A stretch of DNA of 37,983 nt from an uncultured Deinococcales bacterium (GCA_964244895.1 CAXTKV010000023.1:1-37983), one strand, 5' to 3'. Positions 1-10,380 are shown, counted from the first letter of the stretch. The notes: generated by a model from the sequence alone, not told the origin. Numbers and translations: made by a program.

Positions 1-397
1 CACCAAGGTCGGTGCGGCCCTGCGCGGCGCGCAATCCACCGGGCGGCGCGTGCGGATCGTGTTTCAGCCGCACCGTTACCTGCGCACCGCGCGCGAGTGG
101 CAGAGGTACGCCGAGATCCTGATGCCCGCCGATGAAGTCATGATCCTGGACGTTTACAGCGCCGGTGAGACGCCGATTCCGGGCGTCCACTCGAAACTGA
201 TCGAGGCCAGAATGATCGAGCGCGGTCACGGCGCAGCCAAGTATTTCTCGAGCCAGGACGACGTGATCGCGCACCTCTTGGGCACGGCGGATTCAAACGA
301 CGTGATCGTCACGATGGGCGCGGGCGATGTCACCAAACTCGGTCGGCGGCTCGTCGAGAAGCACCGTCTGGAACGCGAAAAGGAGGCCCTGGGATGA
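1..397 (+). CDS. murC: UDP-N-acetylmuramate--L-alanine ligase, 3' part (5' end outside window)
   Basis: Open frame from the window start; motifs VFQPHRY, DVYSAGE, TMGAGD; lies just upstream of murB. Confidence 0.92.
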   Translation, partial: TKVGAALRGAQSTGRRVRIVFQPHRYLRTAREWQRYAEILMPADEVMILDVYSAGETPIPGVHSKLIEARMIERGHGAAKYFSSQDDVIAHLLGTADSNDVIVTMGAGDVTKLGRRLVEKHRLEREKEALG

Positions 398-1347
398 CCG
401 TCTCGGACGCGAATTCGACCGCCCGCAGCGGCATGCTCGCACCCGCCGGGCGCGGTGCGCCCCGCCGCGTGCGACTGGCGCAATTCACCACGCTCGGCGT
501 CGGCGGCGAGGCCGAACTGTGGGTCTGCCACGATGCCTCGCAACTGCGCGAGGCGATGAAAGCTCCGTATCGCGTCCTCGGCGGCGGCTCGAACCTGATC
601 GTGGCCGACGAGGGCGTGAGCGAGCGCGTCGTCAAACTCGGCGGCGATTTCTCCGAGGCTGACCTCGAGCCGGACGCCGCGCGCTCGAGCGACACGGTCT
701 ACGTCACGGGCTGGGTCGGCGCGGCCAAACCGATCCCCGCGCTGATCCGCGCCCTTCAGAAGCGCGGCCTGTCCGGTCTGGAAGGGCTGGTCGGCGTGCC
801 CGCCGCCGTCGGTGGCGCGGTACGCATGAACGCCGGAACCCGCTACGGCGAGATGAGTGAAGCGCTCGAGGCCGTCGAGGTCGTGGTGGACGGTGTATCT
901 AAAATTTATAAACCCGAAGAACTCGGTTTCGTCTACCGCAACTCGAGCATTCCAAACGGCGTCAACGGCGTCGGCATCGTCACTCGAGTCAAACTCAGGC
1001 TCGCGCCATCCAGCCCGGATGCCGTTCAGGAGCGCATGAACCTGGCCGATGAAGCGCGCAAGGGTCAACCGCACTGGCGCACCTTCGGCTGCGCCTGGAA
1101 AAACCCCACGCAGCAGAGCGCCGGACGCCTGGTCGATCAGGCGGGGCTCAAAGGCACGAAAGTCGGCGGCGCGATGGTGTCCCTGGAGCACGGCAATTTC
1201 ATCATCAACATCGGTGGAGCCAGCAGCGACGACGTGTTAACCTTACTGAATCTCGTGGAATCAAAACTCGGTATTCCCCTAGAACGGGAAGTCGAGATCT
1301 GGGCGCGCGAACCATCACGCGCCACAGGAAGGGGTGAGGGCCTGTGA
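394..1347 (+). CDS. murB: UDP-N-acetylenolpyruvoylglucosamine reductase
   Basis: TTLGVGG, LGGGSNL, GGAVRMNAG, GCAWKNP, HGNFIINIG, LEREV motifs; ATGA overlap with murC stop. Confidence 0.95.
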   Translation: MTVSDANSTARSGMLAPAGRGAPRRVRLAQFTTLGVGGEAELWVCHDASQLREAMKAPYRVLGGGSNLIVADEGVSERVVKLGGDFSEADLEPDAARSSDTVYVTGWVGAAKPIPALIRALQKRGLSGLEGLVGVPAAVGGAVRMNAGTRYGEMSEALEAVEVVVDGVSKIYKPEELGFVYRNSSIPNGVNGVGIVTRVKLRLAPSSPDAVQERMNLADEARKGQPHWRTFGCAWKNPTQQSAGRLVDQAGLKGTKVGGAMVSLEHGNFIINIGGASSDDVLTLLNLVESKLGIPLEREVEIWAREPSRATGRGEGL

Positions 1348-1943
1348 CCCGCTTCGTGGTGACGGTGATCGTGCTGGGCGCACTCGCGGCGGCCTCGTGG
1401 TTCTGGCTGCCCGTCTGGGGCGTGGCCATCGCGGGCAGCAAGCACTTCAGCCAAAAAGAGCTGGCCAAAATGGCCGGAGCCATGCCCGGCAGCCCGTGGT
1501 TGTGGGTTAACAGTTGGCGTACGCGCGGTCTTCAAGAAAACCCCTGGGTCGTCAAGGCCGATGTGATCAAGCGCTTTCCCGGTCGCGTGGAAATTCGCGT
1601 CACCGAGCGGGAAGCCTTCGCGGTTTACGCGCCCCAGGACAGCGAGAAAGTCGTGGTCGCACGCGATGGCGTGGTCTTGCCGAACTCCAACCGCATCCCT
1701 AAACTGACCATCTCCGGTTGGGGCGAACCCCGGCTGGAGGAGAGCCTACAGGTCGCGGCGCTTCTGGGATCGGATGGGCTGCGGCAGGTGCAGTTCTCGC
1801 CGCAAGGATTTACGGTCTTCACCGATCGCGGAGAAATCTGGACGGACTCGTATAAGTCCTTGCTCAGATACGGCAAAAGTGTCAAGATATCGCAAGGCTC
1901 GCGGGTCAGCGTGTACCCGTGGGGGGTGAGCGCGCAACCATGA
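1344..1943 (+). CDS. ftsQ: Cell division protein FtsQ/DivIB
   Basis: N-terminal TM helix and POTRA-like segment (NPWVVKADVIKRFPGRVEIRVTER); lies between murB and ftsA with 4-nt overlaps. Confidence 0.85.
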   Translation: MTRFVVTVIVLGALAAASWFWLPVWGVAIAGSKHFSQKELAKMAGAMPGSPWLWVNSWRTRGLQENPWVVKADVIKRFPGRVEIRVTEREAFAVYAPQDSEKVVVARDGVVLPNSNRIPKLTISGWGEPRLEESLQVAALLGSDGLRQVQFSPQGFTVFTDRGEIWTDSYKSLLRYGKSVKISQGSRVSVYPWGVSAQP

Positions 1944-3322
1944 ACGATTACTCGAGCAATCAGGACGACCAGGGACGCGGTGGCTCGAGGATCGTGGTCG
2001 GCCTCGACATCGGCACCACGAAAATCTGCACCGTCATCGGCGAAGTCGATGAAAACGGCGTGCTGGACATCATCGGTGAGGGCAGCGTGCCTTCCGAGGG
2101 TCTGCGGCGCGGCGCGGTCGTGAACCTGGAAAAAACCATCAATTCGATCCGCAACAGCGTGTCCAGCGCCGAGCGCGTGGCGGGCGTGCGCGTGCTGGAC
2201 GCCTTCGTCGGCGTGGCTGGATCGCACATCAAGGCCCTCACGTCTCACGGGCTGGCCGCCATTCGCCGCAACCAGGAAATTTCAAGATCCGACGTGGATC
2301 GCGCCATCGAGAACGCCCGCGCGGTTCCACTCGACCCGAACCTCGAGATCGTCCACGTGCTGCCCCAGGAATACGTCGTGGACGGTCAGGAGGGCATCAA
2401 AGATCCGGTCGGTATGCACGGCGTGCGGCTCGAGGTGGACGTGCACATCGTCACCGGCATGCAGGGGCCGCTGGCCAACCTGCGCCGCTGCGCGACCGAG
2501 GCCGGACTGACCGTCAACGGATTGGTTTTGCAGGGCTACGCCTCCGGCCTGGCCGTGCTGGAACCCGCCGAGGAGGACGTCACGACCGTCGTGATCGACA
2601 TCGGCGGTGGCACCACGGACGTGGGCGTCTTCAGGCGCGGCAACCTGGCTTTCAGCGCGGTCGTGCCATTGGGCGGCGATCACGTCACGACCGACCTGGC
2701 GCAGATCCTCAAGATTCCGACCGACGAGGCCGAACGCGTCAAGAAGAAGTACGGCAGCGCCGTCCCGGAGATGGCCGATTCCGAACTGACGCTGGAACTC
2801 ACGCAGGGCGGCGTGGTCAGTTCCGTCAGCGCGTTCGAGCTCTCACGGATCATCAAGCCGCGCATCGCGGAAATTTTCAACCTGGTGCGCCACGAAATTG
2901 ACACCGCCCTCGGACCGGTCGAACTGATTGCGGGCGGCATCGTGCTGACGGGCGGCACCAGCCTGATGCGCGGCATCGTCGAACTGGCGCGCGAACGCTT
3001 CAAGCTGCCCGTGCGCGTCGGCAAACCGCGCGCCATCTCCGGCCTGGTGGACGTGGTCTCGAGCCCGATCCACGCGACCGCCGTGGGCCTGGTGCGTTAC
3101 GGCATCGCGCAGGGTTCCGGACGCGGCGCGACCCACCGACCCAACCTGGACGACGAACCCGAGAAGGTCATGGTCAACAATCGCCAATCGCGCGACGATG
3201 CCTACGCGAACGGCTTCGAGAGCCTGGAGCTGGCCGATACGACCCGCGTCAGCCGCGAACCTCGCCCCGCTGGGCCGAGCCTCTGGGAACGCATCCGTTC
3301 GATCTTCAAGGAATTTTTCTGA
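1940..3322 (+). CDS. ftsA: Cell division protein FtsA
   Basis: VGLDIGTTKI, IDIGGGTTD, VLTGG motifs and C-terminal amphipathic helix (LWERIRSIFKEFF). Start placed at ATG 1940, overlapping the ftsQ stop. Confidence 0.97.
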   Translation: MNDYSSNQDDQGRGGSRIVVGLDIGTTKICTVIGEVDENGVLDIIGEGSVPSEGLRRGAVVNLEKTINSIRNSVSSAERVAGVRVLDAFVGVAGSHIKALTSHGLAAIRRNQEISRSDVDRAIENARAVPLDPNLEIVHVLPQEYVVDGQEGIKDPVGMHGVRLEVDVHIVTGMQGPLANLRRCATEAGLTVNGLVLQGYASGLAVLEPAEEDVTTVVIDIGGGTTDVGVFRRGNLAFSAVVPLGGDHVTTDLAQILKIPTDEAERVKKKYGSAVPEMADSELTLELTQGGVVSSVSAFELSRIIKPRIAEIFNLVRHEIDTALGPVELIAGGIVLTGGTSLMRGIVELARERFKLPVRVGKPRAISGLVDVVSSPIHATAVGLVRYGIAQGSGRGATHRPNLDDEPEKVMVNNRQSRDDAYANGFESLELADTTRVSREPRPAGPSLWERIRSIFKEFF

Positions 3323-3518
3323 GCAAGCTCACCGTCCCCGAGCGTAGGCTCTGCACTGTACTCGAGCGTGGGCTCGAAGCTGAAGCAGCATCCGTCGAAA
3401 TCCGGCACGCAATCGGTGTCCCGTTCGCGGCACACGCGCTTCAGTTCGACCAGGCAATGGATCGTTCAACACTCAAACCGAACCAAGTGGTGACTTGGAT
3501 ATGAAGGGGGCAACCGGC

Positions 3519-4586
3519 GTGCAAGCAGCAAATATTCGAGTCATCGGTCTGGGCGGGGCAGGCAACAACGCGGTCAACCGCATGATCGAATCCGGGCTCG
3601 AGGGCGTGGAATTCATCGCGGCCAACACCGACGCGCAAGTCCTGGCCAAATCGCACGCCGAATTGCGAATCCAGATGGGCGACCAGCTGACGCGCGGCTT
3701 GGGCGCTGGCGCGAACCCCGAAGTCGGCGAGAAATCCGCCATGGAAACCCGCGAGGAACTCAAAGAATACCTGGAAGGTTCCGACATGGTTTTCATCACC
3801 GCTGGAATGGGCGGCGGCACCGGCACCGGCAGCGCGCCCGTCGTTGCCGAGATTGCCCGAGAAGTCGGCGCGCTGACCGTCGGCATCGTCACGCGACCCT
3901 TCCGCTTCGAAGGCCCCAAACGCATCCGCGTGGCCGAAGAAGGCATCCGCAAACTCGCCGAGCGCGTGGACGGCATGATCGTGGTCAACAACGACCGCCT
4001 GCTGGGCACCGTGGACAAGAAAGTGCCCGTCAAGGAAGCCTTTTTGATCGCGGATCGCGTGCTGTACTTTGGCGTTAAGGGCGTTTCTGACGTGATCAAC
4101 GTCGAAGGATTGATCAACGTGGACTTCGCCGATGTGCGCAACTTGCTGACCAACGCTGGCGCGGTGCTGATGGGCATCGGCGCGGGACACGGCGACAAAC
4201 TGGTCGAGGACGCCGCCATGAGCGCGATCCACTCGCCCTTGCTCGAGCGTTCAATCGAAGGCGCGAGGCGCATCCTGATCAACATCACGGGCTCTGAAAA
4301 CCTGACGCTGAACGACGCCTACGAGATCGTGGAAAAGATTCGCGGCGCGACCGGACACGAGGAACCCGATTTGCTGTTCGGTATCACCTACGACGAATCA
4401 GCGGGCGAGGAAGTGCGCGTGACCGTGATCGCCACGGGCTTTAACGAGACGCCCGGATTGATCACCAGCGTTCAGGGCGTGCGCGCCATCGGCCCGAGCG
4501 TGCTGCAAGCCATTCCTCGCACCGACACGAAGATTGACCCGAACGATTACGACATCCCCGCGTTCTTGCGTTACCCACGCGAGTAA
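3519..4586 (+). CDS. ftsZ: Cell division protein FtsZ
   Basis: GGGTGTG tubulin signature, INVDFADV, C-terminal DIPAFLR. GTG start at 3519 follows an AAGGGGG SD. Confidence 0.98.
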   Translation: MQAANIRVIGLGGAGNNAVNRMIESGLEGVEFIAANTDAQVLAKSHAELRIQMGDQLTRGLGAGANPEVGEKSAMETREELKEYLEGSDMVFITAGMGGGTGTGSAPVVAEIAREVGALTVGIVTRPFRFEGPKRIRVAEEGIRKLAERVDGMIVVNNDRLLGTVDKKVPVKEAFLIADRVLYFGVKGVSDVINVEGLINVDFADVRNLLTNAGAVLMGIGAGHGDKLVEDAAMSAIHSPLLERSIEGARRILINITGSENLTLNDAYEIVEKIRGATGHEEPDLLFGITYDESAGEEVRVTVIATGFNETPGLITSVQGVRAIGPSVLQAIPRTDTKIDPNDYDIPAFLRYPRE

Positions 4587-4599
4587 TCAAAACTCGAGT

Positions 4600-4662
4600 C
4601 TCGAGAACACCGTCCTGGACGGTGTTTTTTATTTTTCAGGGATTGCGTATTGGACGGTGTTC
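4600..4662. repeat. Palindromic repeat family A (AACACCGTCC...GGACGGTGTT)
   Basis: CTCGAGAACACCGTCC-T-GGACGGTGTT plus an extra right arm TGGACGGTGTTC. Confidence 0.85.
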
Positions 4663-5572
4663 AGAAAATTCGTGTAAATCTGGAAGGCCGAAGTGCGGGT
4701 GTAATCGGCTTCAAATTCTGAACCTTGCGCGCTTTCACACCAGTTTTCAAGTAATCGCAATTCACTTCGTAACGTTCAGAGAAGAACAATGGCGAAGATG
4801 CTTTCAAGACAAAAATCTTGCTGCTCGAGAACATCCCGACTGGTTTAGAAATTAAAAGATTCTCCGCGCAAATTTTACTTGGGAAAATTTCGCTAGCGAC
4901 AGTGGGAAAGATTCCTATCGAGATGTTTCCGAGATTGCGAACATTTGCGTTAGGTAGCTCGAGCAATTGCAAGTTGTACAGCTCATAGTTTTGCTTTTCT
5001 GGAACAACAAGCATAAATTCATTTATTCCGTTCAGATTGATGTCTGTAACGCTAAAGCGACTTCCAAGACCATCTTCATCTGGCTCCGCATACACAGCAA
5101 TTAACGTCCCAGTTTCAAAAATCATTGATCCTATCCAAGCCCCAGGGCCTTCCCAGGGTAAACAGTAAGCGAATGTGTAGAGGCGCTGCTGGTGGTTTCG
5201 TTGAGTGAAAGAACCCGTATGCACCTCGGCAATCGTGACGCCGTCGAGTACCCGATCAGTGATATCGCTCTGTTTGTAGGAACACCTTTCTTCAATCTCA
5301 CGATTCGGTTTTTGAATTGATGCTCCCCAACGTCTTACGCGTTTCAAGTACGCCTCGAGTGCTGGTACAACCTGATTTTTGACTGACCTCTGCTCGCTGC
5401 TCGAGAGCTTCGGTTCGACAAACGTTCCACTGTTTGCGGTACTGAGGCGATACTCAGCCTGAAAATCCTCGATGGGGTCATACAATTTCTTCAACGTAAT
5501 GTCCTGCGTGGCGAACGCTAAACTCAGCACGGCGAGCGCACCAATCGTTCCGATTGCAACTTGACGAATCAT
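4661..5572 (-). CDS. Hypothetical secreted protein (AT-rich)
   Basis: Long ORF in low-GC DNA; signal-peptide-like start MIRQVAIGTIGALAVLSLAFA; TACCGT 6 nt before ATG 5572; one FG-GAP/EF-like DINLNGINE motif. Confidence 0.75.
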   Translation of the reverse strand: MIRQVAIGTIGALAVLSLAFATQDITLKKLYDPIEDFQAEYRLSTANSGTFVEPKLSSSEQRSVKNQVVPALEAYLKRVRRWGASIQKPNREIEERCSYKQSDITDRVLDGVTIAEVHTGSFTQRNHQQRLYTFAYCLPWEGPGAWIGSMIFETGTLIAVYAEPDEDGLGSRFSVTDINLNGINEFMLVVPEKQNYELYNLQLLELPNANVRNLGNISIGIFPTVASEIFPSKICAENLLISKPVGMFSSSKIFVLKASSPLFFSERYEVNCDYLKTGVKARKVQNLKPITPALRPSRFTRIF

Positions 5573-5628
5573 GGGTTCACGGTAGCGCAACCTGGGCATT
5601 TCTCGAGGTCTGAAACTGGATTGCTGGG

Positions 5629-5681
5629 GAACACCGTCTAGGACAGCGTTCATAATTTGCGTGCAGAACGGTGTTCTCGAG
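5629..5681. repeat. Repeat family A
   Basis: GAACACCGTC...AACGGTGTTCTCGAG. Confidence 0.8.
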
Positions 5682-5747
5682 ACTCAAACCCCGGAAATCC
5701 CCCGCAGCACACGGGAATCAACTTTCCTCTCGAGGTACACTCCTCGC

Positions 5748-6248
5748 ATGGCGCGCGAAACGATTTATAAGGGACACATCCTCAATCTGGTCAAAGAGGA
5801 TGGCAAGTGGGAGATCGTCGAGCACGCGCCTGCGGTCGGTATCCTGGCCGTGCAGGACGGCAAGATGATGTGCGTCCGGCAGCTTCGGCGCGCGGCGGGC
5901 GTTCACACCCTGGAAGTTCCCGCCGGGCTGATCGACGCGGGCGAGACGCCGATTCAGGCGGCGGCGCGCGAGTTCGCGGAGGAGGCGAGGCTGGCGGGCG
6001 ATCTGACGTTGCTGACCTCGTTTTACGCCTCGCCGGGGTTCACGGACGAGTTGATTCACTTGTTTCGCGCCACGAATTTGCGGCCCGCGTACGGTGAGCG
6101 CGACGAGGACGAGGCGGGGATCGAGTTGGTGTGGATCGAGCCAGAGAAGTTTCTCGAGGGCGTCAAAACTGGAACCATTCACACCAGCGGCCCCGCCGTG
6201 GTCGCCGCGTTGTACGCGATGCTCGAGCCTCGGGGGTCGGTGAAGTAA
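5748..6248 (+). CDS. Nudix hydrolase, ADP-ribose pyrophosphatase-like
   Basis: Nudix box GLIDAGETPIQAAAREFAEE plus YASPGFTDE; TACACT 6 nt before ATG 5748. Confidence 0.9.
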   Translation: MARETIYKGHILNLVKEDGKWEIVEHAPAVGILAVQDGKMMCVRQLRRAAGVHTLEVPAGLIDAGETPIQAAAREFAEEARLAGDLTLLTSFYASPGFTDELIHLFRATNLRPAYGERDEDEAGIELVWIEPEKFLEGVKTGTIHTSGPAVVAALYAMLEPRGSVK

Positions 6249-7169
6249 ATGCTGGTCTATCAGAACCCGATGGATCGTCCGCACACGCCGAGCGCCGTCG
6301 CCATCGGTTCTTTCGATGGCTTGCACCTCGGGCATCAGGTCTTGCTGGGTCGCTTGCGCGAGATGGCGCACGATCATCACGTGCCGAGCGTGGTCTACAC
6401 TTTCGATCAGCCGACGCGGGTGCTGTTATCGGGTTCAAAGTTTTTGTACACGCTGGCGGAAAAGCTGAAGATCCTGGAAAGTTTCGGTCTGGACGAGGTC
6501 ATCGCCGTGCCGTTCACGCGCGAGTTTTCTTTGCGACCTCCCGAAGCCTTCCTGGAGGACGTGCGCACGCTGCAACCCGTCGGGATCGTGGTCGGCGACG
6601 ATTTCCGGTTCGGTCACGACCGCGCGGGTAGCCTGGACGATTTGCGGCGCGTGACGGACAACCTGATCGCGTTGCCGATGCACTCACTGAACGGTGATGC
6701 GGTCAAGACTTCTCGCATTCGCGGCTTGCTCGAGACCGGCGACGTGGAGCGCGCGCGGGCGCTTTTGGGGCGGGCGTACACGGCGCGCGGCGTGGTCGTT
6801 CACGGTGAAGCCAGGGGGCGCACGATCGGCTTTCCGACGGCCAACGTCACGCTGAGCGATGGGAAGCTTCTGCCGCGCGGCGTGTTCGCGGTCAGGCTGA
6901 TGACGCCGGATGGCGCGCTGCACGACGGCATGGCCAACGTCGGGCGCAGACCGACGGTGGGCGGCGAGACGGAATCCCTGGAAGTGCATCTCTTCGATTT
7001 CGATGGCGATCTGTACGGTCTGGAAGTGCGCGTGGATTTCCTGAAGCACCTGCGGGACGAACAGAAATTCGCCGGTCTGGACGCGCTCAAGGCGCAACTC
7101 GAGCGGGACAAGCTCGAGGCGAAACGTGCGTTGGGGAACGACGACTGGAACGGCGAAGCTCGAGGTTAA
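6249..7169 (+). CDS. ribF: Bifunctional riboflavin kinase/FAD synthetase
   Basis: IGSFDGLHLGHQ, VGDDFRFG, GRTIGFPTAN, NVGRRPT, LEVHLFDF, LRDEQKF motifs. Confidence 0.96.
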   Translation: MLVYQNPMDRPHTPSAVAIGSFDGLHLGHQVLLGRLREMAHDHHVPSVVYTFDQPTRVLLSGSKFLYTLAEKLKILESFGLDEVIAVPFTREFSLRPPEAFLEDVRTLQPVGIVVGDDFRFGHDRAGSLDDLRRVTDNLIALPMHSLNGDAVKTSRIRGLLETGDVERARALLGRAYTARGVVVHGEARGRTIGFPTANVTLSDGKLLPRGVFAVRLMTPDGALHDGMANVGRRPTVGGETESLEVHLFDFDGDLYGLEVRVDFLKHLRDEQKFAGLDALKAQLERDKLEAKRALGNDDWNGEARG

Positions 7170-7176
7170 ATGCTCA

Positions 7177-7240
7177 GGAACGCCGTCTGGGACGGTATTC
7201 TCGAGCTTTGGAAAATACAGTTCAGGACGGTCTTTTCGAG
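7177..7240. repeat. Repeat family A
   Basis: GGAACGCCGTCTGGGACGGTATTC plus an extra arm AGGACGGTCTT. Confidence 0.75.
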
Positions 7241-7245
7241 GTGAC

Positions 7246-8298
7246 ATGGACAAGCTTGAGCTTGCTGAACTCGAAGCCATCGCGTTCGAGGTCGTGGGCG
7301 ACGGTGCGCCGGGCGCGTGCCTGTCATTGATCGTCGATGGACAAGCATTCCCGACCATCGCGGTCGGTTCGAGCGATCTGGATGGGCGGCGTCCCATTTC
7401 GCCTGAGGCGGTGTTTTATGCCTACAGCGTCACCAAGCTGGTGATCGCGGCGCTGATCGTGCAACTCGAGCGAGAAGGGCGCTTGAGTCTCGAGGATCGC
7501 CTGGTCAGGCACCTGCCGGAACTCGAGATTCCCGAAAATATCACCGTCAGGCAGGTTCTGAATCACACCAGCGGCCTGCCCGACTACGGCGCGACCCGAA
7601 TGTATCAGAGCGCCCTCGAGCGCGATCCGACGCGACCGTGGACGGAAGACGCATTCCTCGGGTTCGCGGCGCGACAGGGCGCGCTGTTCGCGCCGGGCGA
7701 GGGTTGGGCGTACTCGAACGTCGGGTATGCGCTGCTGAAACGGCTGCTCGAGCGGCTCGAGGGCCGCACCTTCGACGCGGTGCTCAACGAGCGCGTGTTC
7801 GCGCCGTTGAACTTGACGCGGAGCTTCGTGGCGCGGTCGCTCGAGGATGCCGCAGCGCTGACGCCGGGCTGGAGTTCGGCGCTGTCCGGCACGCCAGAGA
7901 ACATCGTGAGCCGCTACCATCCCGGCTGGGTCGCGCACGGCCTGATGGCCTCGAGCGCACCGGAACTCGCATGGCTGATCGAATCGGTCTTCAGGAGCGA
8001 TTTGATCGGCAGGATGCGCGAGGGCGTGCGAGTGCCGGGAAACCACGCGCTGTTCAACCAGGCGCGCTACGGACTGGGATTGATGATCGACCCAGCCTCC
8101 CGATTCAAAGAGATGGCGGGGCACAACGGCGGCGGTCCGGGTTTCTCGGCGTCCGCGTTTCACTTCTCGGACGTGGCTGGTCATCGCGTTTGCGGGGTCG
8201 CGTTGCTCAACCGGGACGCGCCGGACGATCTGGCGCAGCGCGCGCTGATGGCGGTGGTCGATCATCTGGAAGTCCAACTGGTGCGCCCGCGACTGTAA
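7246..8298 (+). CDS. Serine hydrolase, beta-lactamase/D-peptidase family
   Basis: SxxK (SVTK), LNHTSGL, YSN, HNGG motifs; GAGGT SD before ATG 7246; no signal peptide. Confidence 0.88.
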   Translation: MDKLELAELEAIAFEVVGDGAPGACLSLIVDGQAFPTIAVGSSDLDGRRPISPEAVFYAYSVTKLVIAALIVQLEREGRLSLEDRLVRHLPELEIPENITVRQVLNHTSGLPDYGATRMYQSALERDPTRPWTEDAFLGFAARQGALFAPGEGWAYSNVGYALLKRLLERLEGRTFDAVLNERVFAPLNLTRSFVARSLEDAAALTPGWSSALSGTPENIVSRYHPGWVAHGLMASSAPELAWLIESVFRSDLIGRMREGVRVPGNHALFNQARYGLGLMIDPASRFKEMAGHNGGGPGFSASAFHFSDVAGHRVCGVALLNRDAPDDLAQRALMAVVDHLEVQLVRPRL

Positions 8299-8299
8299 C

Positions 8300-8363
8300 C
8301 TCGAGAACACCGTCTGAGACAGCATTCTCGGGCGAATCAGAACACCGTTCAGGACGGTGTTCT
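8300..8363. repeat. Repeat family A (two short units)
   Basis: CTCGAGAACACCGTCTGAGACAGCATTCTC and AGAACACCGTTCAGGACGGTGTTCT. Confidence 0.8.
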
Positions 8364-8398
8364 TTGGCGATGAATCTCGAGGCGTCCCGACGGGAACG

Positions 8399-8773
8399 CT
8401 ACCCGGCGGGATAGCCCGGAAAGATGTTGTCCGCCGCCCAGTGCGGTGCGTACCCGTAATGACCGTAGAGGCGCACCCAGTAGTCCTCGGCTGGAACGGG
8501 ACGGTACTCGGGTGAATCCAGCACGCGCCCTCGGGTTTGCTCGATCACGATGCGGTTCGCGTCGAGCTGTGTGATGGCATCGACAGGAATCAGAACGCGC
8601 CCCGTGCCTTCCGCGCCTTCCAAACCGATGAAGCGCACTTTTCGCTGGAATTCGTCGACGAACATCGTGTTCACGCGACCGATCTCGTGACCGTCGCAGT
8701 CCACGACCTGACGACCCCGGATGTCGAGCGCATCGTGCGTGAACGCTCGAGAAAAATCGTTCAGTTCGATCAT
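8399..8773 (-). CDS. PRC-barrel domain protein
   Basis: DIRGRQVVDCDGHEIGRV and VLIPV patterns, C-terminal YGHYGYAPHW; GGAGGG SD. Confidence 0.8.
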   Translation of the reverse strand: MIELNDFSRAFTHDALDIRGRQVVDCDGHEIGRVNTMFVDEFQRKVRFIGLEGAEGTGRVLIPVDAITQLDANRIVIEQTRGRVLDSPEYRPVPAEDYWVRLYGHYGYAPHWAADNIFPGYPAG

Positions 8774-8838
8774 GTCCCTCCGCTTCCGACCGCGAGCCGC
8801 CCGATCGACTTTCAGATTGACGTGTCATCATGCGCGGC

Positions 8839-10323
8839 ATGGCAAACCCGGTCACCATCGGCATCGATCTCGGCACGAGCGGCCTCAAGGCCATCGCCCT
8901 CACCCCCGACGGGCGCGGCGTGGCCGAGGCGAGCGCCAGTTACCCCCTCTTGACGCCGCAACCCGGCTGGACGGAACAGCACCCCAACGATTGGGTCGAT
9001 GCGGCGAGGAGCGTGCTGAAAACGCTGGCGGCTGATCTGAGCGCGAAGGGCTTCGAGGTCGCGTCCATCGGTTTGTCCGGGCAGATGCACGGTGCGGTCT
9101 TCCTGGACGCGAGCGGCAGCGTGATCCGGCCAGCACCCCTATGGAACGACCAGCGCACGGCGGGCGCGTGCCAGGAAATTGAGCGAGCGATTCCCAGGTC
9201 AGACTTGATTCAGCGCACGGGCAACCCCGCCGTGACGGGCTTCCAGTTGCCGAAGCTGGTGTGGTTGCGCGCCGCCGAACCCGAGCATTTCGCGCGCGTG
9301 CGCCACGTGCTGCTGCCGAAGGATTACCTGGGCTACGCCATGACGGGCCAGATGGCCACCGAACCGTCCGATGCGAGCGGCACGGGCGCGCTCAACCTCA
9401 AAAGCTGCGACTGGGACGATGACGTGCTGGGCGCGTTGAAGCTCCAGAAAAGCGTCTTTCCGAGCGTCATCCCATCGCACGGCATCGTCGGGACGCTCTC
9501 GAGCGATTGGGCGAAAGACGCGGGCTTGCCGGACGGCCTGCCGGTGATCGCGGGCGCGGGCGACAACGCGGGCGCGGCCATCGGCCTGGGGCTCTCGAGC
9601 GCGCGCATGGGCGTGGGCAGCGTCAGCCTGGGCACGAGCGGCGTGATCTTCGTGCCCCTGGAAGCCGCCACGCCCGATCCGGAAGGCCGCGTCCACCTGT
9701 TCTGCCACGCCGACGGCGGCTATCACCTGCTGGGCGTGACGCTGGCGGCGGCGGGCAGCTTGCAGTGGTTCCGCGATTCGCTCGCGCCCGGCGTGGCCTT
9801 CGATGATCTGATGAGCGAGGCTCAGGCCGTCCCGAGCGGTTCCGAAGGCGTATCGTTCATGCCGTACCTGGCGGGCGAGCGCAGCCCGTGGCTCGATCCC
9901 GCGCTGCGCGGTGCGTGGTTGGGCCTGTCGCTGGCGCACTCGCGCGGCCACATGACGCGAGCCATCCTGGAAGGCGTGGCGTTCAGCCTGCGCGACACGC
10001 TGGACGTGATGCGCCCGCTCGCGCCACTGGACAAGGCGCTCGCCATCGGTGGCGGCTCGAGGTCAGCTCTGTGGCTGTCCATCGTCGGCAATGCCCTCGG
10101 CGTGCGCTTTGAAAAACCAGCACTCGAGGAAGGCCCGGCTCGCGGTGCCGCGATTCTGGGCATGGTCGGCGCTGGCGGGTTCTCCAGCGTCAGTGAAGCG
10201 ATCACCGCGACCGCGCCCGCCAGCGAACCCGTCCAGATCGCACCCGATGCCGCCCTCGAGATCGCGTACACTCGTTTCAAGGCTGGTTTTCAGGCCGTCC
10301 AGCACGTCAAAGCCAGCAATTGA
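8839..10323 (+). CDS. xylB: Xylulokinase (FGGY family)
   Basis: [45 protein letters not shown] motifs. Alternative start at 8830. Confidence 0.9.
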   Translation: MANPVTIGIDLGTSGLKAIALTPDGRGVAEASASYPLLTPQPGWTEQHPNDWVDAARSVLKTLAADLSAKGFEVASIGLSGQMHGAVFLDASGSVIRPAPLWNDQRTAGACQEIERAIPRSDLIQRTGNPAVTGFQLPKLVWLRAAEPEHFARVRHVLLPKDYLGYAMTGQMATEPSDASGTGALNLKSCDWDDDVLGALKLQKSVFPSVIPSHGIVGTLSSDWAKDAGLPDGLPVIAGAGDNAGAAIGLGLSSARMGVGSVSLGTSGVIFVPLEAATPDPEGRVHLFCHADGGYHLLGVTLAAAGSLQWFRDSLAPGVAFDDLMSEAQAVPSGSEGVSFMPYLAGERSPWLDPALRGAWLGLSLAHSRGHMTRAILEGVAFSLRDTLDVMRPLAPLDKALAIGGGSRSALWLSIVGNALGVRFEKPALEEGPARGAAILGMVGAGGFSSVSEAITATAPASEPVQIAPDAALEIAYTRFKAGFQAVQHVKASN

Positions 10324-10330
10324 TCTTTTA

Positions 10331-10380
10331 AGAACACCGTCCAGCACGCGTTTCGGGATATGCGTGCCGGACGGTGTTCT
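10331..10380. repeat. Repeat family A, long form
   Basis: AGAACACCGTCCAGCACGC-loop-GCGTGCCGGACGGTGTTCT. Confidence 0.9.

Noticed and set aside
3323..3518. ncRNA or small gene between ftsA and ftsZ
   Set aside because: Only a short imperfect direct repeat (GAGCGT.GGCTC) and no convincing ORF or recognisable RNA structure.
7246..8298. Antibiotic-resistance beta-lactamase
   Set aside because: No signal peptide and only generic serine-hydrolase motifs; resistance cannot be inferred.
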